From a virus, in IMG/VR virus record IMGVR_UViG_3300036828_000771, positions 1 to 64,000 of that record: 64,000 bases of DNA, one strand, 5' to 3'. Positions 44,734 through 53,667 of this stretch are shown piece by piece. The first letter of the stretch is position 1. Each line of letters opens with the position of its first letter. Position numbers and translations under genes: made by a program. The notes below the pieces were generated by a model. The model was not told the origin of the DNA and searched no databases. It saw nothing but the letters and a program-made list of their open reading frames with translations.

Positions 44734-44884
44734 GAGGTTCCTTGATCAGCGTTGCACACTCCTGCACCATCAGGTCGCGGCCGGCTCCGAACGGCAGGAA
44801 GCACGGGGCATGGCGGACCTGCCAGACCATCAGGATGACGATCAGCAGGGCGATAATCGCGAGTTGCAGGAACCGATATGTCAT
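44720..44884 (-). CDS. Small membrane protein (54 aa)
   Basis: MTYRFLQLAIIALLIVILMVWQ; start just downstream of the operator. Confidence 0.4.
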   Translation of the reverse strand: MTYRFLQLAIIALLIVILMVWQVRHAPCFLPFGAGRDLMVQECATLIKEPHDGL

Positions 44885-44892
44885 AGTCCACA

Positions 44893-44912
44893 ATGCCCCA
44901 AATATGGGGCAT
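44893..44912. promoter_or_regulatory. 20-bp palindromic operator
   Basis: ATGCCCCAAATATGGGGCAT. Confidence 0.7.
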
Positions 44913-44925
44913 CATACCGACAGGA

Positions 44926-45597
44926 TCAAGTGTGCGGCTTGGTAGCGATCTCGATAGTCTGGCCATCTGGTGAGCGAAGCACCGTCTTCGTCATGCCCGT
45001 GGCGCTCGGCTCGCCCTCGAACTCGACGGTATAGGCCAGCCTGTCTACGAGCTTGTTGATCCGGGTCTGCTTCATCTCGGGACTCGCTTTCGAGTCTCTT
45101 TCGTACCAGCCCTCGCCGGTCAGGCTGGGCGGCGCGAGGAAGATGGAATCTCGTTCATTGAACCGGATCAGGGCGGCCTTGCGCTGACGGTCGATGTAGC
45201 GCCGCAGCGCCGGATCACGGTGCGCGTCGGGGTAGTCCGGGTCGACCCATATCTGGATGACTTCCATCTCAATCGTCTCGCCAGTGTCGTGGCGCACCAT
45301 CTCGACGAGGTCCGGCATGATGTCGATCACGTAGTGCACGCGGTCCGGGCGTTGCATGTCGTGCGTGTCGTTGTTCACCAGCCAGCGGCAGTTCCAGATC
45401 GAGCACGAGTACGGCATGGCCTTGGTGCCATGGAGCTTGCAGCCCACACCGTGCTTCTGGTGCGGGCAGCGCTGTCCCGCCTTCTTGTTCAGCGCTCCCG
45501 GCATCTGTAGCGTCCTGCCGTCGCTGGTGATGATGTTCGCGCCATCGGCAACCGGCAGCAGGACGCAGCAAAGCTGACAGTCGCCGCACTTACGCAT
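44926..45597 (-). CDS. CxxCxxCC (YkgJ-like) metal-binding protein
   Basis: MRKCGDCQLCC..CPH..GC..C..WNC.WL..RPDR. Confidence 0.65.
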   Translation of the reverse strand: MRKCGDCQLCCVLLPVADGANIITSDGRTLQMPGALNKKAGQRCPHQKHGVGCKLHGTKAMPYSCSIWNCRWLVNNDTHDMQRPDRVHYVIDIMPDLVEMVRHDTGETIEMEVIQIWVDPDYPDAHRDPALRRYIDRQRKAALIRFNERDSIFLAPPSLTGEGWYERDSKASPEMKQTRINKLVDRLAYTVEFEGEPSATGMTKTVLRSPDGQTIEIATKPHT

Positions 45598-46111
45598 CGG
45601 TGCGAAGTCCTTCGAGAAGACGGGGTGTACGGTCGGTGATTTGGCAGCAGACCCACAGCGTCGTCTCAGCGCTGTTGGCTCCCCTATAGCGAGCATAATA
45701 GACATTGTCTTTCAACTCTTTCAGTTCACGCTCCAGCATCTTGCGCGTTGCCTTCCACATCGTTTTGACGTGGTCATTGAAGTCTGGCTGCCATGTCGAG
45801 TCGAAGGTCCATCTTCGATATCTTTTTGTCCCGCGCTGTTGCCACTTGAAGGTCGGCTCATTCACCAGCACCTTGGGCGCGGGAGGTAACACCATGGCTT
45901 TGAGTTCTGCCTTCAGCCGAGCGATCTTCGGGGCGTACTTCTGCTCAACGATGACTTGCGTTACACCCAGAAAATTGTACCGAGAGCGACCGCCGTACCA
46001 CGCATCTCGCTGACCTGAAGACCATCTGCTACACGCCTCATAACATGATTTGCAGAGGCCGAACCGCTCAGGTCTTCCCGGTGTACGGCAGACAACGCAA
46101 TAGCGTCTCAC
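45590..46111 (-). CDS. Hypothetical Zn-finger protein, lower GC
   Basis: CVVC..CKSC; GTGA overlap. Confidence 0.45.
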   Translation of the reverse strand: MRRYCVVCRTPGRPERFGLCKSCYEACSRWSSGQRDAWYGGRSRYNFLGVTQVIVEQKYAPKIARLKAELKAMVLPPAPKVLVNEPTFKWQQRGTKRYRRWTFDSTWQPDFNDHVKTMWKATRKMLERELKELKDNVYYARYRGANSAETTLWVCCQITDRTPRLLEGLRTDA

Positions 46112-46371
46112 TCGCCTGATTCCTCTGTGACGAGGTTGATCGTCTTGACTTCACCGATACCGCGTCGCGCATACTCCAGATCAAGGTAGGCCGCCGAAAT
46201 GATCTGAGCGCTCACCTGCGCCATGACGCGAGCGCGATTCCAGTCTCCGATTCCCGCCCCCAATAAATCCAACTGATGGAACAATGCTTCGCGCAATCCG
46301 TCGCTGGTGCGCCTTACCCGGTTCACGACAACAGACGGCGCAGACGGCGGGGATGATGATGGCTTACGCAT
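46108..46371 (-). CDS. Hypothetical protein, lower GC
   Basis: LREALFHQLD.L..RA...AQII. Confidence 0.5.
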   Translation of the reverse strand: MRKPSSSPPSAPSVVVNRVRRTSDGLREALFHQLDLLGAGIGDWNRARVMAQVSAQIISAAYLDLEYARRGIGEVKTINLVTEESGE

Positions 46372-46831
46372 CGGCGAGAGCCCTGAACAGGCCCGGTCCC
46401 TTCGGCGCGTTCGCGCGCACGTTGTCGATGAAGTGCATCACCTTGGGCTGGCGGCCGGTCTGGCCCAGCTTGCCTCTGGGCTTGACGTGCGCCCCCAGTT
46501 TCTCGATGCCTTTTGGTGCTCTGAGGATGAAGTCGCCGGCTTCCATGCGACCGCCCCGGTCGAAGATCATCAACTCGGTGTAGAGATTGCCCGGCGTGAT
46601 GAAGCGCAACCAGTAGCCGTCCCGGCGCTCGACGTAGGTCTTCGTCTTGTAGACCATCGCCTGCCTGAAATGCTCCTGCCGGCACAGGGCGTTGGCGGCG
46701 GCGCAGGCCGCGTTGTCGCGCCGCTTGGCCGACTTGATATCGGATTCTGTGACGGTGACGATGAGATCGCGCGTGGCATCCTTCAAGGGTGCGTTGGGGT
46801 TGGGCCGCTGAGGTCTCGGTGATCGTGCCAA
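46364..46831 (-). CDS. Hypothetical protein
   Basis: LKDATRDL..CAAANALCR..FDRGG. Confidence 0.55.
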   Translation of the reverse strand: MARSPRPQRPNPNAPLKDATRDLIVTVTESDIKSAKRRDNAACAAANALCRQEHFRQAMVYKTKTYVERRDGYWLRFITPGNLYTELMIFDRGGRMEAGDFILRAPKGIEKLGAHVKPRGKLGQTGRQPKVMHFIDNVRANAPKGPGLFRALADA

Positions 46832-47020
46832 GGGTTCGCCTATGTGATTGTGGAGGAGAAGTTCTGCTAGTTTTTTGCAATACCCTAAATTGTAGCCACG
46901 GGCAACTGGTGCAGTTTCACATCCGTCGTTCGCTTGGGTAATAGGTCCAGCCCTGATCGACGCAGGCGTAGACGAAGGCCAGCAGCATCACGACAAGGCA
47001 CAGGTTGACGAAGAGGGGTT

Positions 47021-47275
47021 TCATTCGACCTTGCGCCACGTTTTGTAGATGGAGCGCCAGTGCTGCCACACGCTCTCGGTGTGCGGCCGGTCGGGCAGTT
47101 CGGGGATTATCGGTGTACCCGTCAACGTCAGGGCATGGCTGCCGGCCGCGACCTTGAGCAAGGCGGCGCGCATTTCGACGGCCTGCGGGCTGGTGTCGTA
47201 CTTGAGCAGGATGAGCGTATAAATCATGGCCTCGCCGCGCACTTTGGCGGCCTGCCACGCCGGGACCTGCCTCAT
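47021..47275 (-). CDS. Hypothetical protein
   Basis: ATGA-coupled chain. Confidence 0.45.
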   Translation of the reverse strand: MRQVPAWQAAKVRGEAMIYTLILLKYDTSPQAVEMRAALLKVAAGSHALTLTGTPIIPELPDRPHTESVWQHWRSIYKTWRKVE

Positions 47276-47631
47276 TGGGCTTCCTCCACGATCATCGGCA
47301 ACTGGCGCAGCTTGGCGCGCACCATCGCCACCGCCGAATTGTGCATGTTGATCGCTTGATCCCACGTCGCGCAGCGCGTCTGGTAGCGGTCCCACTGATC
47401 GGTTGGGAAGATCATGGTCTCGAACAGGATCGGCGGAGCGTCGGCGTCGCCGTGGATGATCGCCGCGTGATTGTGATCGAGGCCGAGGAACGTCGTGCTG
47501 ACAAACGCGCCACCGATCTCGTCGCCGGCCACATGCCGGTCGTCACCGAACGTCATCGCCCAGTCCACCACGTCGTCGCCGCACGGGACCGCGAGCTTGC
47601 CGAGCAACTTGTAGAACATCGGACGGTGCAC
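47272..47631 (-). CDS. Conserved-looking phage hypothetical protein
   Basis: VSTTFLGLDH..PILFETMIF. Confidence 0.6.
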   Translation of the reverse strand: MHRPMFYKLLGKLAVPCGDDVVDWAMTFGDDRHVAGDEIGGAFVSTTFLGLDHNHAAIIHGDADAPPILFETMIFPTDQWDRYQTRCATWDQAINMHNSAVAMVRAKLRQLPMIVEEAQ

Positions 47632-47632
47632 G

Positions 47633-47893
47633 TTATCGTCCCTCGACGACCTCGTCGTCGGCTTCGCCGTTCAGAGCCCGAACCTTGGTGATCAGCGACT
47701 TCACGGAATCGCGCAGCGTCTCGGATACCTGCAAGAGGGTGCTGAAGTCGATCTCGTCCGGGGTCTTGAACTCGACGCGCCGGAGGACCGTGCCGTTCTG
47801 GAAGAACTCGAACGCCTTGACGCGCGGGCAGGCCATGTCGCCGTGCGTGGACTGGCCGCACCACTGGCAGCGAGGCTGGGGGGCTGTGGTCAT
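47633..47893 (-). CDS. Hypothetical Zn-finger protein
   Basis: CQWCG..H...CPRVKA.E. Confidence 0.5.
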   Translation of the reverse strand: MTTAPQPRCQWCGQSTHGDMACPRVKAFEFFQNGTVLRRVEFKTPDEIDFSTLLQVSETLRDSVKSLITKVRALNGEADDEVVEGR

Positions 47894-47946
47894 GAGGACA
47901 AGAGGGTGCCGGACCCGGCAGGAACCGGGTCCGACCTCTGACAGAA

Positions 47947-48639
47947 TCAGGGTTTCGCTTGCGGTGTCGGCACGGCACCACCGGATGGCGGATTGTACGG
48001 AGGGCCGACTTTCTGGACCGCCCACCGCAGACCTTCCGGCGTCTTGACGATCACCAGAACAGTTCCGACCGGCACGCTGTCGGGCGGCGGCAAGGTCGGC
48101 GGCTGGTTGGGCGGCGGCAGCACGATGGGATGCTCGGGAACCGGCGGCGATCCACCCGGCGCAATCGGATGACCGACGCTGACATTGGGTGGCCACACCA
48201 CGGGCGGCGGCAGCACGATGGGATGCGACGGCACGCCGGGTGAAACGGCATCCGGAGGGATCACGATGGGATGCGCCGGCTGACCGGGGCCGGGCCAGAC
48301 TTCGGGTGGCAGCGGCGGCAGCACAATCGGGTGCGTCGGCACGCCGGGGCCAATCGCCTCGGGCGGGATCACAATGGGGTGGCCCGGTTGAACCGGAATG
48401 TAGATCGGATGGCTCGGTGTGCCGGGCGCAATCGCATCGGGCGGAATCGGCAGCACGATGGGCTGGGTCGGAAAGCCGGGGCCTTGGCTCGGGCCGGGCG
48501 GCGGGCCGCCGGGGGCGATGGGATGCGCGGGGTAGCCGGGGCTCGGCCAGATTCCGGGCGGCGGTCCACCCGGGGCAATCGGGTGGGTCGGTTCACCGCC
48601 GCTGGCGAGCGGAACAATATAGGCGAGAAATGCATTCAT
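47947..48639 (-). CDS. Pro-rich repeat protein
   Basis: Ten P-x-(H/Q)-P-I type repeats; RBS AGGAG. Confidence 0.7.
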   Translation of the reverse strand: MNAFLAYIVPLASGGEPTHPIAPGGPPPGIWPSPGYPAHPIAPGGPPPGPSQGPGFPTQPIVLPIPPDAIAPGTPSHPIYIPVQPGHPIVIPPEAIGPGVPTHPIVLPPLPPEVWPGPGQPAHPIVIPPDAVSPGVPSHPIVLPPPVVWPPNVSVGHPIAPGGSPPVPEHPIVLPPPNQPPTLPPPDSVPVGTVLVIVKTPEGLRWAVQKVGPPYNPPSGGAVPTPQAKP

Positions 48640-48697
48640 TGAGGTCTCCTGTTCAGGTCGGTACGATTTTAGGGCGCGGTCTCATCTCTCCCTTACC

Positions 48698-48889
48698 CTA
48701 GGGCCGCTTGGAACGCACGCCCCTCTTCTTCGCCTGCGGTGGATGAGGGAAGACAATATCGAGGGCAGACACGCTAATGTCATACGCGCGACGGCACGCC
48801 AGCAACCGACGATATCGGCGATGGAAATCGCGGATGAGCACCGCAAGCTCCATCGCCTGTGCGCGGTGCCACTTCGGCTTCGGCCGCAC
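48698..48889 (-). CDS. Hypothetical protein
   Basis: TAGTG coupling to upstream gene. Confidence 0.35.
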   Translation of the reverse strand: MRPKPKWHRAQAMELAVLIRDFHRRYRRLLACRRAYDISVSALDIVFPHPPQAKKRGVRSKRP

Positions 48890-49908
48890 TAGACCGCAAC
48901 GAACTCGGGCGGTGTATTCGGCAGCTTCGGCAGCTTCGGATAATCGGAATCCGGTTCAACCGACTTCCCTAAATCATTCGGCCCGAGCGTGTGCCCGGTC
49001 ATGGACTTGCTTAGCGCCCGTGCGATCATGATGTTGCGGATGTTCTCGTGCAGTCGACCCTCAGCCCTCTGCATGCGCTCGTGCACACGCTTCACCAGCT
49101 TGGCGGCGTTCGAGCGAGCCCGTGTGCCTTCCGTCATCATGCTGTTGGCGAACTCCACGACGCGGCCCCAGTGCGAAGCGCTGACGCTGCCATAGAGGTA
49201 GAAGAATGCCGCCAGCGCACCGGCCGGGAAATTGCGCTGGCCCTTGAGCATGGTTTCCTTGGAGACTGTGCGAGCAAGTTCAATGGACCGTGCGAACAAC
49301 TTGTCCGCCTGATAGCGATCTTCCCAGTAGGCCCGCATCTCCTCGTTCTGGATCACGAGACCACGATTGTGCGGCGTCTCGGACGACAGGATGGTGAGCC
49401 AGCGAATCGCACCGGCAACCGTGCCAGCGTTGGTGACGCCAAGCGCTTCGAGCACGTTGGCGTTGGTCCGCTTGCGGCCCATGTCGAGGAAGCTGAAGGC
49501 GCTGTCCTCGACGCCGAACACGGCGAGCACCCGCAGTTTCTTGCCCGACATCGCCGTTGCAGCCAGCCGTTGGTAGCCGTCGAGCAGCACGCCCGTCTTC
49601 GAGAAGATGATGGTCTGGCCGGTAAGGCCGAACCAATCGTTGCTGATCATCGCCTCAGCATACTGCTTGATCTTGGCCGCCGAGGTCTTGCGATTCAGCC
49701 GCTTGAAGTCGTCGAGGATGTGCTGGGCGAGTTGTGGGGTGACGGTGATGGTTCGAGCGAAGGGCTCGACCTTGCCGTGCCACCCGCCGGCATCGACCAT
49801 GTGCGCCAGCATGGTCTTCTGTTCGTCGATAGTCTGGTTGGTGGGATTGAGATAGAGCTTAGGACGCAGCGCATTTTCGTGCATTGGCACGGTGTTGCCG
49901 TCAGGCAT
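48889..49908 (-). CDS. ParB/Srx-like (DGQHR-type) domain protein
   Basis: VTPQLA..L..NR...YA..M...W.LTGQTI.F...G.LLDGYQRL.A..D.G.KRT; RBS GGAG. Confidence 0.7.
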   Translation of the reverse strand: MPDGNTVPMHENALRPKLYLNPTNQTIDEQKTMLAHMVDAGGWHGKVEPFARTITVTPQLAQHILDDFKRLNRKTSAAKIKQYAEAMISNDWFGLTGQTIIFSKTGVLLDGYQRLAATAMSGKKLRVLAVFGVEDSAFSFLDMGRKRTNANVLEALGVTNAGTVAGAIRWLTILSSETPHNRGLVIQNEEMRAYWEDRYQADKLFARSIELARTVSKETMLKGQRNFPAGALAAFFYLYGSVSASHWGRVVEFANSMMTEGTRARSNAAKLVKRVHERMQRAEGRLHENIRNIMIARALSKSMTGHTLGPNDLGKSVEPDSDYPKLPKLPNTPPEFVAV

Positions 49909-49957
49909 GGGACGTACTCCAAATGCCGCTGACATGCCCAGCGGCGTGGCGGCGTCA

Positions 49958-50030
49958 AATTAGGGCGTCCGCCAAGTTCTGGCAATCAACAAAATAGGGC
50001 GTGCCTAAAGTAGGCGGTGAAGTGCTATAG
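49958..50030. promoter_or_regulatory. Divergent control region
   Basis: - strand ATTGCC-N17-CTAATT; + strand TGCTATAG shortly before the ATG at 50039; TAGGGC half-sites. Confidence 0.5.
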
Positions 50031-50038
50031 GTAGCCCC

Positions 50039-50278
50039 ATGCCAGCACCACGAGAATTTCGCCGGGCCGTGCGCCTGCTCGGCGGATCACACCGTACTGC
50101 CAAGATGTCCGGGGTCGGCCGCACGCGCATCGACTACTGGCTCAACAAGAACGTCCCGCGCTGGGCGAAAGACGATGTCGAGCGTATCATCAGCTTGGCG
50201 CAAGATGCCAAGAACTGGAAAGAGGGGAACTGCCATGGCGAAACGCAAGGCAAGGCCAAAGACAAAGCGCGCCACTGA
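50039..50278 (+). CDS. Cro-like HTH protein
   Basis: AVRLLGGSHRTAKMSGVGRTRIDYW; first gene of rightward unit. Confidence 0.6.
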   Translation: MPAPREFRRAVRLLGGSHRTAKMSGVGRTRIDYWLNKNVPRWAKDDVERIISLAQDAKNWKEGNCHGETQGKAKDKARH

Positions 50279-50912
50279 CCACGCCGACTTCGCGGGGTCG
50301 AAGGCCGACAAAGCCGAGGTCAAGCGGCTGGCCGCCGCTGGCGAGGCCAAGAACCGCAAGGGTCGTAAGAAGGCCAACGGTTCCAGTCCGGGCCTGCCGC
50401 TCACCGGCGGTGGTAACGTCGGCCAGCCCAGCGTCGAGTCCGTCAGCCGGCACATCAAGGACATCCGAGGCGCGATCAATCGCTACAACAAGGCGTCGCA
50501 GACTGCTCGCGATCTCAAGAAGGTCGTGAACAACTACTTCAAGACCGCCGAGACCGATGGCCTCGACATCAAGGCGCTGAAGAAGAAGTTCGCCGACGAG
50601 AATCGCCCAGTCGGTGAGGTCATCGCCGAACGCCGCAACATCGCCCGCTACGAGAAGATCGACGGCGGTGGGATCGGCACCCAGTGGAATCTGCTCAACG
50701 ACGAGGGCGTGGCGAACAAGATCGACGCCTACGCTTCGGGCGAGCACGCCGGCATGAACGGTGAGCCGCGCGACAACAACCCCAACATCCCGGGCTCCGA
50801 TGACGCCCAGCGCTGGTCAGCCGGCCATGCTGCTGGAGCAGCCAAGGCCGACGCGGTCTTCGACAATGCTCGGCCGCCGCAGGAGCCGCCGCCCGAACCC
50901 GAAGCCGCGTGA
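50235..50912 (+). CDS. GapR/DUF2312-like protein with RMF-like C-terminal motif
   Basis: FKTAETDGLDIKALK..R..Y; AYASG..AG..G.PRD.NP.....W.AG. Confidence 0.5.
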   Translation: MAKRKARPKTKRATDHADFAGSKADKAEVKRLAAAGEAKNRKGRKKANGSSPGLPLTGGGNVGQPSVESVSRHIKDIRGAINRYNKASQTARDLKKVVNNYFKTAETDGLDIKALKKKFADENRPVGEVIAERRNIARYEKIDGGGIGTQWNLLNDEGVANKIDAYASGEHAGMNGEPRDNNPNIPGSDDAQRWSAGHAAGAAKADAVFDNARPPQEPPPEPEAA

Positions 50913-51400
50913 GCGGCCGGCTCCTCGCCCTCGACCCCTCGAAGCAGGTCGGCTGGTGCCTGATGCTGCGCGATGAGACGCCGGATTTCGGCACCGTCGA
51001 CTTGGAGAAGTATCCAACCCTGCACGAGCGGCTCGGCCGCTTCGGCGACTGGCTGATCGGCTTCCACCGCACCAGACCGTTCTCTGCGATGTCGTGGGAA
51101 GCCCCGCTGCTCATGCCGCATGACAAGATGGAGCAACTGCTCCTGCTGTACGGCCTGCAAGCGCTCTGCCGTCACTTCGTGTGGACCCATCACATGCCAT
51201 GGCAGACTGTCACGCCCAGCATCGTCAAGGCCACGCTCACGGGCATGGCACGGGCTCCCAAGGGCGAGAAGATCGACAAAGACGCGATGATCGCCGCCGC
51301 CTATAAGCTCGGCTGGGAAGTCCTCGATCACCATCAGGCCGACGCCGGTGGGGTCGGGCTCGCGACCTACTCGCTGATTTTCCCCAAGGTCGAAGCATGA
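50909..51400 (+). CDS. RuvC-like Holliday junction resolvase
   Basis: LLALDPS..GW, WEAP, VKA.LTG...A.K, HHQADA. Confidence 0.75.
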   Translation: MSGRLLALDPSKQVGWCLMLRDETPDFGTVDLEKYPTLHERLGRFGDWLIGFHRTRPFSAMSWEAPLLMPHDKMEQLLLLYGLQALCRHFVWTHHMPWQTVTPSIVKATLTGMARAPKGEKIDKDAMIAAAYKLGWEVLDHHQADAGGVGLATYSLIFPKVEA

Positions 51401-51624
51401 TGGAGAGAACGATGGATTGGGCAGATATGGCATTTCTGGCAGGCGGCGTCGCGCTCGGAGTCGTGATCGCCATCGTCGCCTTCTTCGGTCTGGTGGCACT
51501 CGCTATGCCCGGCAATCCCGGCCGGCGCGACCCAGCGGAATACGAGCCGAGGAGCCGGCGTCGCTCGGTCTACTTCGACCCAAAAGAGGGGCCGCCGTGG
51601 AATCGCAAGCGCCCGATCCGCTGA
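51397..51624 (+). CDS. Small membrane protein
   Basis: One TM helix; ATGA overlap. Confidence 0.45.
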   Translation: MMERTMDWADMAFLAGGVALGVVIAIVAFFGLVALAMPGNPGRRDPAEYEPRSRRRSVYFDPKEGPPWNRKRPIR

Positions 51625-51800
51625 CCGAGCGCGAGAAGAAACTGGAGGCGGTCCTGCGTCTAGGGCAAGAGATGCGGCGCGCACAGACCGACTACTTCAG
51701 CCTGCGCTCCCAAGCACTGCTGATCCGGTCGAAAGAGCTTGAGCGCCAATTCGACTATGAGGCTGCCGAAGCCCTCGACGAACCCGACCTATTCGGCTAG
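51597..51800 (+). CDS. Hypothetical protein
   Basis: GTG after GAGGGG; EMRRAQTDYF..SKELERQFD. Confidence 0.55.
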   Translation: MESQAPDPLTEREKKLEAVLRLGQEMRRAQTDYFSLRSQALLIRSKELERQFDYEAAEALDEPDLFG

Positions 51801-51809
51801 ACCCTAAAT

Positions 51810-51916
51810 TGTGCGGACAACGACCTGTCCATTGGTCGCTGCCCGGTGGGATAAGCAGGTCGTGGTTATCCCCAATGACCGCGCACCTTCTCCCCCTCCT
51901 GCCGGGCTAACGCACA
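51810..51916. ncRNA. Candidate kissing-loop RNA
   Basis: Hairpins GGACA[ACGACC]TGTCC and GGGATAA[GCAGGTCGTGG]TTATCCC have complementary loops; outer TGTGCG/CGCACA stem. Confidence 0.35.
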
Positions 51917-51933
51917 GCCAGTCGACATGATAT

Positions 51934-51991
51934 AAAACTGCCGCGTCCTCCAGTTTGTCGACCGGGTTGGGACGCGGCAGGTAGTGGTTTT
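51934..51991. terminator. Probable terminator between convergent genes
   Basis: 11-bp stem CTGCCGCGTCC/GGACGCGGCAG flanked by A and T runs. Confidence 0.55.
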
Positions 51992-52531
51992 CTAAGCGGC
52001 GCGTTGCATCTCACGAATGAGCGCGTCTGCTTTCTTCTCGATCTTCACAAAGTCGGCTGCAATCTCGGCCATGCGACGCCTTACCGGCATCGATGGTGCA
52101 GTCCGCGACACCGCTTCCAGCGCCTTCGACTCGTTGGCGCTCTTGCGATGCACTTCGCGTAGGGTACTGACGATACCAGCGTCGATGTGGCGTTTGTGAT
52201 CTTCGTTGAAGATCGTATCCTTGTCGTCCCACAGGACAGCGTTGAAGCGATCCTCGTCGCCCTTCACCAGCACCTCGCGACCGTCCGCCATATGCACTTT
52301 TCGAGTCGGTCTAGGCTGGCCGCGTCTCACATGCGGGATCGTCCATCCGTACTGCTCGGGATGCCTCCGCAGATACACTATGGCGTTATCGACAACACCC
52401 TTCGAGATGCGCTCACCCAGATGGCGGCTGACCTTGCGAGCGAGTCCCTTGAGGGTTGTCGCAGGCAGGCAGTGCCATATAGCGTCGATGATCGCATCAC
52501 GACGAGTAGTCGGCTCGATTTTGTCTGTCAT
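51992..52531 (-). CDS. Hypothetical protein, possible DNA-binding
   Basis: RBS GGAGGTG; HTH-like N-terminus. Confidence 0.55.
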   Translation of the reverse strand: MTDKIEPTTRRDAIIDAIWHCLPATTLKGLARKVSRHLGERISKGVVDNAIVYLRRHPEQYGWTIPHVRRGQPRPTRKVHMADGREVLVKGDEDRFNAVLWDDKDTIFNEDHKRHIDAGIVSTLREVHRKSANESKALEAVSRTAPSMPVRRRMAEIAADFVKIEKKADALIREMQRAA

Positions 52532-52577
52532 TTTCTCTCTTCACCTCCCTTCCCGGTCGAGTGATCGCGGCAGGCCT

Positions 52578-53408
52578 TCAGCCCGTCGCGACGTACAAGT
52601 GACCGCGCTTGTTCGGGCTCGCCTTGGCGAGCTTGTCCACAATTCCTTTCAGCAGGTTCATCGCCGTCAGCGCGTCCTCGCGGTACACGTCGAGCGCCGA
52701 CTCACGCACACTGGAGAGAAGTTCCGTGGTCAACTTCCTGTCGATCTGCTTCACCAGTACGACCAGACCACCGAGGTCCGCCGACACACCCGATTCGATG
52801 ACCGCCTGCGGTTCGACTTCCTCGGTGATGATGCCGGTACGTGCGGGCGGCGGGCGGCGGGCCGCGATCTTCGCGGCTTCCAGCTTCTCAGCTTGCTCGG
52901 CGAGTTTGGCGCGAGCAGCGGCCTTGTCGGTCGCTTTGATGACGGCTTCGCGTGCCTCCTTGACGGCCTTCTTCTGCCGTTCGAGTTCGCGCTGAGTGCG
53001 CTCACGTTCGGCCTCGCGCTCCTTCTCTTCGACCCGGCGCTGGGCTGCGCGGACAGAGAGGATGTAAGGACCACCGATTTTCTTGCCCCTCGCGCCCTTC
53101 CTGATGGCGTCGAGCATGTCAGGCGTGCCTGCTACCCGGTGTGCATAGAAGGACAGGTCGGGATGACGCCGCGACTTTGGAAAGTCGTGGGCTGTTTGGC
53201 GGATGAAGCCTAGGGCGCGAGGATCGTAGTCCTCATAACCATGCAGTTCGAGGTAGGCGGCAGCAGCCGTCAGCTTCTCATAGCTGCCGTCATTCATATT
53301 CTGTTCGCTTGGCTTGCCGACTTCGGCCAGCAGTGCATCACCGATGGCCCACTTGGACTGTTGCTCCTTCTTCACCGCAGCGAGAAGCAGCGGATACTCT
53401 TTCTTCAT
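52578..53408 (-). CDS. LmbU-like DNA-binding protein with coiled coil
   Basis: WAIGDAL..Y...A..FPKSRR.PDLSFYAH..A; RBS AAGGAG. Confidence 0.55.
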   Translation of the reverse strand: MKKEYPLLLAAVKKEQQSKWAIGDALLAEVGKPSEQNMNDGSYEKLTAAAAYLELHGYEDYDPRALGFIRQTAHDFPKSRRHPDLSFYAHRVAGTPDMLDAIRKGARGKKIGGPYILSVRAAQRRVEEKEREAERERTQRELERQKKAVKEAREAVIKATDKAAARAKLAEQAEKLEAAKIAARRPPPARTGIITEEVEPQAVIESGVSADLGGLVVLVKQIDRKLTTELLSSVRESALDVYREDALTAMNLLKGIVDKLAKASPNKRGHLYVATG

Positions 53409-53533
53409 CTCTTAATCTCCTTCCGAGGACGATCGTGTCGATGGTCCTCTATAACCCGTTGAAAAACCTTAGAAACCTCTAAGTGGCGAACTACTTAGGG
53501 TGTTAAGGCACCCCGTCAACTCGTCGAGGTACG

Positions 53534-53562
53534 ATGTAGGGCACGCCCTATATATCGTCAAG
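53534..53562 (-). promoter_or_regulatory. RpoD-type promoter
   Basis: CTTGAC-N17-CTACAT containing back-to-back half-sites TAGGGCACGCCCTA. Confidence 0.65.
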
Positions 53563-53667
53563 CTAACGATTGCCAGTTTTTTGCAGGATTGGCCTTGTGC
53601 CGGTCAGACGACCAGCCTACATGGAGGCGGCCCTATTTTTGGGGCATAACACTTATGGAGACCACCG

